Shown: positions 54,973 through 64,000 of the stretch, piece by piece
Layout: the number at the start of each line of letters is the position of its first letter
Numbering within the stretch: the stretch's first letter is position 1
NCBI GenBank assembly: GCA_963514005.1
Contig: OY740783.1
Location: 62,310,001-62,374,000, forward strand
Length of the DNA stretch: 64,000 nucleotides
Source of the DNA: Raja brachyura
Taxonomy: Eukaryota
Direction: 5' to 3'
Position numbers and translations under genes: made by a program
Notes under the pieces: model-generated
Seen by the model: the letters and a program-made list of their open reading frames with translations, nothing else
The model's database searches: none
Told to the model about the DNA's origin: nothing

Positions 54973-55349
54973 CTGCTGAGTTACTCCATCACTTTGAGTT
55001 CTTTTTATAGCAACCAGCATCTACAGTTTCTTGTTTCAAGAAGTGAAAGCCAACGATCCATGAATTTTTCCCCATTCGTAGGAAAAAAAAGGTACAAAAT
55101 GCTGGAGTACTTCAGCGGATGTTGCAGTATCACTGGAGAACATAAATAGGTGACATTTTGGGTTTGGAGTATTCTTCAGACTGATTGTGGTGGGGTGGGT
55201 AGAGAGGAGGGGCTGGACAAAGTCTGGCAAATGTTAGGTGGATACAGGTGAGGAGGTTTTGGATAGGTAGATGGTTGGACAAAAGCCAGAGAAGAAAAGA
55301 CTAAAGGTATAAGATAAGTGGAAGATGTGTAAATTGTGAAGCCAATGGT

Positions 55350-55655
55350 CTTAGTTTAGAGATACAGCGGGGTAACAGGCCCTTCGGCCCACCGAGTCCA
55401 CACTGACCAGCAATCCCTGCACACTTACACTATTGTACACACACTAGGGACAAATTACATTTATACCAAGCCAATTAACCAACAAACCTGTAAGTCTTTG
55501 GAGTGTGGGACGAAACTGAACATCTCAGAGAAAATTCACATGGTCACAGTGAGAATGTACAAACACCGTTTAGACAAGCACCCGTAGTCAGGATCGAACC
55601 CTTGTCTCTGGAGCTGTAAGACACTAGCTCTACCGCTGCTCCACCCTGCTGCCCC
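55350..55655 (-). mobile_element. tRNA-derived SINE inserted in an old PLE remnant (55085-55345; further PLE piece at 56150-56360)
   Basis: Reverse-strand B box ggatcgaacc at 55591-55600; KLEEQH...RLG remnant at 56223-56300. Confidence 0.8.
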
Positions 55656-57379
55656 AAGGGGCAACGGTACTTTATTGATATATGTACCAAGATACATTGA
55701 AATTCCTTTTTTGCACACAGTTCAGTAAAAATAACTATACATAAGCACAATCATAGTTCAGTACAAGTATATAGGAATAGTACATTACACTGAGTTAGTA
55801 TACAATAGTCACCACATTTCTGGTTCAATTTTCATGATTCAAGCTTAAAGTTGTTAAAAATGTAAAGTCTTTAATTGGCCTGTTGTCCTGGCAGCATTGC
55901 AAGATTGAGCAGGCCAGACGATGTTATTGGTGTACTCCACCGTTGCTCCGCCTCTCTGTGCCACTGCAGGCCGTGTCCAATCCACGCATTTGGCCTTTTA
56001 GACCTGTGCCTGAACCAATTGAGTCGCAGGCTGCTTCAGGTCCTCCAGTAGCTCACTCCACCAATGCCCCGATCCAGACATATTGACCTCACGGCTACAG
56101 CTCCGACCCTGGTGCCGGGGATGCCTTCTACAGCCAAGTGGGACATAGAGAAGATGGGGGAGGAGGAGGGGATTTTTGGTAAGCTGCCTAAAATTGATGA
56201 ATTCAATGTTCATAGCGTTGGGTTATAAATTACCCAAGCGAGATAAGTGGTGCTGTTCCTCCAGTTTATGTGTGGCCTCACTCTGCCATTGGAGGAGGAC
56301 CAGGACTGAAAAGTCAGTGTGGGGATGGAAAGAGGAGTGCAAATGTTTAGCAATAGTCAGGATTGAACTCGGACCTCTGATGCTGTAATGCAACAACTCT
56401 ACCACTGCACCACAGTGCCGTCCTTAGGATGCCCTTGTGATCTTAGGACATATGAAGTTCCTTGAGGTACCTGAAATGTACAGGCAATATTGTAATGTGG
56501 GAAATATAGCACAGCTAAGCCATTGCGGCTTGTGATTTCTGCCAACACAACATAATCTGCTACCATGCTTAAATGATCAGAATACATTTCAATTGTTTTT
56601 AAATTGACAAGCAGCAACGATACTGCTTGTTAATTGCATAGTATAGTGTTGCTAGGCACCAACCTCAGACTAGCAATAAATTGGCGGAAATCTTGCAGAT
56701 ATTTAAATGCACATGTTAAGAATAAAATATTATTTTCATCTGAAGTTATGCCTAGAAACTGCAAAAATGAGAACGTAGATGGAAATCCACCTCTCTTGGC
56801 CAGCACGTTACTATGGTCCTTACAAGGTACAATTGGAATGAGATTCAAATCTCATTTATGCATGAACAAGGATTGACCGCAGGGGAGGGGAGCACAGCAT
56901 TGAGCCCATAGTCAGTTCCAAGTCAAGAGGAAACATTACAGAGCACGATGACAGTCAATTACACCATTAAATCATTTCCCATTCCGTCAGTAGATAATTA
57001 CCTAAATTGCTATTTGCTGTGCCTGAAAGTGTGTTCGATTTTTCCAAAATGTTAAATATTACATTGAAGAATGGTTGGAATTGAGGGCAAAAATATCGTA
57101 CAAAGTTCAAACATGTACTTCATGCAAAATTTGCCTGACTAAATGAATGGAAAATACTTGGCAATGTAACTCTGAACTTTAGAGCTGGTTGGATTCCATG
57201 ACACGAGAATTTATAGGCTTCATCTCACCAGCGGTTTGGAGTGGAATTGCCAGCCTTTAGCTATTTAATCAGCAGAACACTATCAAGTGTTATAATTCCT
57301 AACCTACTGATATGTTAAGAAGGCCAGACTTGTCTGTTTGCTCTCATGCTGAGATGACTTCGATGAAAGAATAAAATGT

Positions 57380-57830
57380 ACTTTACCTAAATTTTTGGCT
57401 TTGGAAATGACCTGTGAGGAGGACACAAAGAATGTGATAAGGAAAATAGACTTGTTAAAGGAATGGGCAAAATATTGGCAAATGAAGTATGATTTGGGAA
57501 ATTTGAGTAGTACTCAATTTTGCAGGAAGAAAAGCATTTTAAAATGTAAGGAACTGATAAATGTTGGGAAACTGAGGGATTGGTTCTGCATCAGTATGTT
57601 AAAAAGCAATCGCGCTAATCATATGGAAGGCATATGGTGTACTTACTGTTATTACTAGGGGTTAGGCGTACAAGAACAGGAAAGTCTTGGTGCATTCATG
57701 TGTGGCTTTGTTGAAATCACATCAGAGCACTGTATATAGTTTAGATCACAGTGCAGAGGGAGGAATTATTTGCCTTTGAACCAGTTCAGTATATATTCAC
57801 TGAATTTATTCCCTGAATGGGGGCACCTTA
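57380..57830 (+). mobile_element. Very old CR1 RT fragment
   Basis: IDLLKEWAKYWQMKY remnant. Confidence 0.6.
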
Positions 57831-58321
57831 CTATAACATGACAGTTATAGTGTTAGGCAGTCATACAGCACAGAAACAGGTTCTTCGGCCCACTTGCTCA
57901 TGCAGCCAAGCTGCCCCATCAACACTCACCCACCTTTTTGGTCCATGTCCCTCTAAATCATTGCTGTCTCGCCATTACTGAGTCAAATTCCTGCAACTCC
58001 TCACAACAGAGAGAAAAGTACAATTGAAGAGAAAGATTTCTTAGAAAACATTTGATGTAAAGGCAGGAGGTGATAGCATGGAAATGCTGATGGGTTCTTC
58101 CGATTGAGGCATAGTGCCTGCTGGGCTGCGATTCCTATGGTGCAATACTGCTCCCCGTCACCGGCAGGCAGACTAGAAGAAGTCAACGATCAGCACCACC
58201 AACAGCACATGGCTGCCGGAAAATGTCGGCACTCTTGACCGAGCTGAGGCTACAGTCAAATGAGCCACAGCTGGGTCCAGTTAGTGGTTATTGGATCAAC
58301 TCACATGTACCTTATCAGCCT

Positions 58322-59112
58322 GTTAAAGAAGGAACTGCAGATGCTGGAGAATCGAGGGTACACAAAAGGCTGGAGAAACTCAGCGGGTGCAGCAGCATCT
58401 AAGGAGCGAAGGAGATAGGCGACGTTTCGGGTCGAGACCCTTCTTCAGACTGGTTAGGGATCAGGGAAATGAGAGATAGGGGTGGAGCGGGAGGGAAGGG
58501 AGGAATTGACTGCTCCAGATGCCAGCTGATCTATATCGGTGAGACCAAGTGGAGGCTTGGCGATCGATTCGCCGAACACCTCCGCTCGGTCCGCAATAAC
58601 CAACCCGACCTCCCGGTGGCTCAGCACTGCAACTCCCCCTCCCATTCCGTATCCGACCTCTCGGTCCTGGGCCTCCTCCACGGCCAGAGTGAGCAACACC
58701 GCAAGTTGGAGGAACAGCACCTCATATTCCGCTTGGGGAGTCTGCATCCTCTGGGCTTGAACATTGAATTTTCTCAATTCTGTTAACCCTTGCTGTCTCC
58801 TCCCCTTCCCACCTCTCCCTCAGCCCTCGGGCCCTGGCATTCCCTCTCTCTCTATCTCTCCCCCACCCAAGTCGCTCTAGCTTCTCATTTTCACACTACA
58901 AACAGCTTACAATGGCCTGTTTCCTTTATCATCAATACTTTTTTGCATATCTTTCATTCATTGTTCTTTATCTCTCCACATCACCGTCTATATCTCTTGT
59001 TTCCCTGATCCCTAACCAGTCTGAAGAAGGGTCTCGACCCAAAATGTCGCCTGTCTCCTTCGCTCCGTAGATGCTGCTGCACCAGCTGAGTTTCTCCAGC
59101 CTTTTGTGTACC
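58322..59112 (+). mobile_element. Penelope-like element of the same young family as 1917-3176, with an inverted 5' piece
   Basis: GIY-YIG ORF remnant 58469-58786 nearly identical to 2249-2530. 14-bp TSD TACCTTATCAGCCT at 58308-58321 and 59113-59126. Confidence 0.93.
58421..58448 (-). ncRNA. Minimal hammerhead-ribozyme-like core (perfect copy)
   Basis: Identical to 1981-2008. Confidence 0.7.
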
Positions 59113-61169
59113 TACCTTATCAGCCTACCCCTTATAAACGCTTGAGTTCCAGCCCAAGGGAAGAACAGGAAGTAAGCAGGGACAGGAAGGAAGAAGGGAC
59201 AGGAAGAAAGAAGGGACAGGAAGAAAGCAAGAGAAAATGGAAGAGCCCCTATTATGTGTGCCTCTTTTCGCAGGCTTGGAAGAAGCCTGAGACCACCAGC
59301 ACCTCCTCTTGAGGCTAGGGTGAGCTGCTGGGAAAAAATCCAAGATAGTCAGTGCCTCCTCACTGATGATGAAGGAACTGGCCCTTCTTGTGACTATTGT
59401 CGATCTTTATAAACAAACCATTACATGAGTACACCCTACTGTGAGTATCAGTATAGTCATTGTCAACCCGGTGTCATCTCCGATGTCACAATGGGCATCT
59501 GTGCAAAATGGAAAGGAAATACGGATCAATAACAAAGGAATAGAGGCACATGAGGAACGTTAATTCTTTCATGGGAAGGGAAACAGATTTGTAATCAAGA
59601 TGGGGAGCAAGTTAATGCAAGTCTTATCCTCACAGAGAATATAGATGGTAATATTATAAACAACATCCTTTTATTAAAAGCAGAAATGGAGAAAGTAGAC
59701 AGATGAAGATTTAAAAAACTGCAGAAAATAATCCGTGGCAAAAACATTTAGTCAGACATTGAGATATGCAATGGTGTTGAGAGATAACATTTGGCACAAA
59801 ATGACTATGGTGATAATATAAAGAGGAGGCTGGAATGCAAATAATCTTTCGACCAGAAGCAATATCTAAATAAAAGTAATGGTTATCCATCGGTTTGACA
59901 GGTCACTTAAATTACGTACTGTAGATTCATCAAAGATGAAGTTGCAATACTTTTCATTATAGATGTATAAATTAAATTATTTGGACAAACATTTCCTGGA
60001 TAACATCAAACCAATTTATTGCCTGCAGTTGACTTATCGAATAAATCAGGGCCTTTACTTTGTGCCTTTTCTTTGACATTTGATATATATCCTTTTTAAA
60101 AGCGGACTGCTAAAGCATTTCAGTAAAATCAGAAAAGGGACAAGTTATCTAAGAGTACATCAATGCCAGTATAATAAAGTAGAATAATAAGCATAGTAAC
60201 ATTGAATCGAATTTGTGGTAATTGTTGGGGACACTCTGGCTTTGTCTTTAAATTATGTTGAAAAACAGTATTTTAATTTATACTGTAAGCCCAGAGATCT
60301 GCATCTCAGTACGGTGGTTGCACTGCAGTTGTTTTAACTTTGGTTTTTGCCTAATCGTGGTCTAGTTTACTTAGAATTACTGATAATTTATTGTATATTT
60401 ATTGTTGTGGTTGCGTGTAATGTGCCTGTAAAGCTCCAGCAAGTAGGGATTTCATTGTTCAGGTTCATATCCAGTGCATATGACAAATAAACACTCTCTT
60501 GCTTTCAACCATCAATAAAAACTAATCAGAAACAAATGACTGGTTATTCTTCAGGTCATTTAAAAGCATATTTGTTTTCTGAATCATTACAAAATACACG
60601 ATAAATACACCAGGAATTGTCTATGAATGAATTGAAAATGTACCATTTGGTTTCCATGGCACCAAGAAATCCTTCATACATCAGTGTGGGAAATTAACAC
60701 ATTTGTGGTTCTGAAAGGACTAAAATTGTTCCCTTCTTTTATGTGTTTCAAACATGAAACAATCAAAATTTGGCTCCTACTTATTTACCAAATATCCCAA
60801 ATGGAAAATAGAAATTTGTACTTTCATATATGTGTGTATGTTGCCCGTTTATTTGTGAAATATCCATAGACATTGAAAGACGCTAAAAAAAAGATCGTTT
60901 TATCTATGCAAAGCTGTTTTGCTAAATCAAATAATATTTTAGTAGAGCTGAAGGAAAATGATTTTGTGTTGAACGGTCTTATTACTGAACCAATAAATGC
61001 CTCTGTTAATCTGATAACCATGAAATGATTTATTTCTCATAACATTCTCTATCTTTGCCATCATGAAGCATTAATCTCATTCGAAATAAAGGATAAAATC
61101 AGGAAAACCAAGCAATCCATCCAGTTTAGTTAATAACAAGAGTTAGCACATCACATCTTCCCCTTTAAA

Positions 61170-61610
61170 TGCAGATGTGCCACCAACGATGACTGTGGCA
61201 GACTTAAGATTGGCCTTCCTGAGTGTGAGTCTGCAGAAAGCAACTGGCCTGGATGAAGTCCCTGGCAGTGTGTTCATTGCATGTGTGATGAGTTAGCAGA
61301 GCTATTCACAGGCATCTTTAACCTCACACCACTCCATTGTTGGGGCCCCACCTGCTTCAATAAGACTGATGTCAAAGGAAAGTAAGATAACGTATCTTAA
61401 TGGCACACCAACGCCTCTACCTGGACTCTGTCTATGGAACTAATGCGCTACAATGCTGAGAAATATATTCTGCACTCTATATCTTCCCTTTTGCTTTAAC
61501 TATAGTACTTGAGTTTGACCTGATTGTATTTCTGTATAATATGATCTGATCTGATGGGATAGCATTTAAAACAAAGCTTTTCACCCTGACAATGATAAAC
61601 CTAAAGCTAG
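61170..61610 (+). mobile_element. Rex1/L2-like fragments
   Basis: KATGLDEVPG.V...FTGIFNL remnant; tail shared with 16075-16160 and 18590-18745. Confidence 0.55.
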
Positions 61611-63514
61611 ATTTAGAGCATCCCTTCAAGCATGTCTCAGAAGAGACCAATGAAAAATTTATAAATTATTGTTTTGTGATAAATTTATGCATCAAGAAGA
61701 GTAGATATATTCCTCCAAATCCCACATGGATTTGCTCAGCTTTGATCCTCCATTCCACTGACCAGAATTAGCTGTGCAATCTCTCCTATTGTGTACCATT
61801 CTCTGACGTCCCTACTAATATCCTACTGCTCCTATCAATCCTACTAGTGCCCATTCTTACCTGCTCTGGAGGGGACCAGATTTCAAAAAAATAAGCGAGG
61901 CTTGGCCATTAAATCTGTTTGGGCTTCACTATCTTCATGATATATGCAAATGGGGTTGGTTGCGTACTCACCATCTACTGGGCCTGCCCTGTGATAAAAT
62001 CCTCCCCAGAGGACTGTGTCTTTGAGTGATTGCAGCCTATGTACACAATGTTTCCCAATGTGCTCCAGGTCACTGACATGAACAGTGCACTTGCCAGTAA
62101 ACCCTCAATGAATTTCCATTCTTCCTGATAATTGCAACTTAAAAAGCATTTGACAAGCAGTAAAAGTTAATACTGACTCAAGTGTGTCGCCATTCTTTTC
62201 CCATAAGAATACATTGAGGGCCATTCTGTTGGCCCTGTCTCCCATTGTATTGAGGCATAAAATCATTGCACCATAAGCATGAAATAAATAGAGGCACATT
62301 TCTCCATCTCCTTCCAGCATATGCGGGTAATCTTAACAAAATGTATTATTGCCTTTCCTGGTTCAACTCTAACTAGTTCAAATACTGAATAGATTTTTTT
62401 TCTCATTCAAAATGAAATGGAACGAATTTGTGATGAAAGAAACAAAATAATGCGGTATTTGCTGACAGCTAAATAAAAGTTTACAACAGTTCAGCGCTTA
62501 GATAATATCTAATAGTTACATGATGTTAAAACTAAGCCTGGCTTAATATTTTTCTGTTAAATATATTATTTGAGGCTATATCTTCACTTTATTCAAATTT
62601 GGTCAAACATGTAGTACAATGGTTTATTGTACACCCTTTTTGGGGATTTAACTAGAAACTAAATTACTGGAATTGTCAGGAAATTCCATTGCTGAGGTGA
62701 ATATTTCCCTTGGCTGTTCAAGGGCTGACCAGCAATTAAAAAATTCTGCAATGCTCATATATTTCACCCTGTGCTATTACATATCATATTGCAGAAAGCG
62801 AGTGGCCTGCATTGACGCTTCAGAAATAATTAGCTTTGAAATGTTGCAGCTTTACTGCCATCTTCTGATTTTACTGATTCATTTAGATTCAAATGAAATG
62901 GAGGAGCTGAATAGGGAAGAATTCCACACTAACCACCTGCACCAACTGCAATGAAAATGTTCCTACTGTTTGACCAAACAAAAATGTTTTACATTCAATT
63001 GCTGAACATTTTTATACAAGTATTATATTGTCAATAAATACTGACCATGTTATTTGCACATGATTCATAGGGGATATCTGGATTATGGTTTAATACATTA
63101 AAATACTAAATACAAAGGTGTGGATAATCAGAAACCAGCATCTGGTAATTCAATCGCCAAATGGTTAGATGTGACACACAATAGAATTTTATAAGAAATC
63201 TAACCAGCTGTTCGTTATGTAATTCCTAAATTATGCCAGATCAATTCTGGCTTCTCCATACATATGATATGTATACACAAGAAGGTAACTGGTCATGGAC
63301 ATGGAGCTCAGTGGTGTTCCCTACACAGTTGGACATTGCACTCAATATATTTACTCATGTGTCCTTTCATGCAGGAGGTATGTTACAATGAATGTTTATA
63401 ACAATGCCAGCTAAAGGGAATCATGTTGGTGGGTGCCTGGATCTCCTTGGATGCCCACTTTAAAAATATTACTTATCCATCTGCATGTAGTCTACCTCCA
63501 TCAGTGGCTTCCTT

Positions 63515-63790
63515 GTGTAGGAAGGAACTGCAGATGCTGGTTTATACTGAAGATGGGCACAAAATGCTGAAGTAACTCAATGGGATAGGCAGCATCTCTG
63601 AAGAGAAGGAATGGGGGACGTTTCGGGTTGAGACCCTTCTTCAGACTGAGTCATAGAAGAGGGCATCAAGGGGAGACGGAGACAAGAGATATGGAGGGGT
63701 CAGGTGAGAAAACGACAGATCAAAGCAGGCGATGATAAGGAAATGTAGAATGGTTCATTGTTAGCTGAGGGGAAGGTGACAGGAGACATA
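63515..63790 (-). mobile_element. PLE terminal fragment (second subfamily) with hammerhead-like core at 63617-63644
   Basis: aggaaggaactgcagatgctgg...gacgtttcgggttgagacccttcttcag. Confidence 0.75.
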
Positions 63791-63806
63791 TAATCAATTG
63801 TATGTT

Positions 63807-63895
63807 ACACAAAAAGCTGGAGAAACTCAGCGGGTGCAGCAGCATCTAAGGAGTGAAGGAGATAGGCGACGTTTCGGGTCGAGACCCTTCTTCAG
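63807..63895 (-). mobile_element. 89-bp PLE-derived mini-insert (hammerhead core plus tail)
   Basis: Perfect core at 63868-63895. Direct repeat AATCAATTGTATGTT at 63792-63806 and 63896-63910. Confidence 0.85.
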
Positions 63896-64000
63896 AATCA
63901 ATTGTATGTTTTGTGTGCCTTCCTTTCCAGCATCTCATTGCCTGACCCAGGATTGATCGTATTTATGCTTCTCACCAGTCCACTGTCAACACCTGACCAA

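Noticed and set aside
59160-59240. Purine-rich ~18-bp tandem (aagaagggacaggaagaa)
   Set aside because: Only two or three copies of low-complexity sequence.
49300-64000. A second host gene downstream of NTRK2
   Set aside because: No ORF or exon-like peptide other than transposon remnants could be recognised; small exons cannot be excluded by eye.

Overview
Eukaryotic, repeat-rich vertebrate DNA. The repeat families suggest a cartilaginous fish, probably a skate or ray (inference). The only host gene is the 3' end of an NTRK2/TrkB receptor tyrosine kinase on the + strand: four kinase-domain exons (1345-1517, 9479-9719, 43650-43808, 45126-45311), all with canonical splice sites and in phase, followed by a probable ~3.9 kb 3'UTR. 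The rest is intron or intergenic DNA filled with CR1 LINEs, tRNA-derived SINEs, Rex/L2-like fragments, a non-autonomous Helitron, a Harbinger-like MITE, a 1.2 kb foldback element with ~375 bp inverted arms, and many Penelope-like elements (PLEs). The strongest non-genic signal is a minimal hammerhead-ribozyme-like core (CTGAAGA-A-GGGTCTCGACCC-GAAA-CGTC), seen in about 12 clear copies plus several decayed ones. It occurs in PLE ends and in stand-alone ~90-105 bp inserts that have target-site duplications and begin almost exactly at the catalytic CTGA. All coordinates were read by eye; boundaries of old repeats are approximate.
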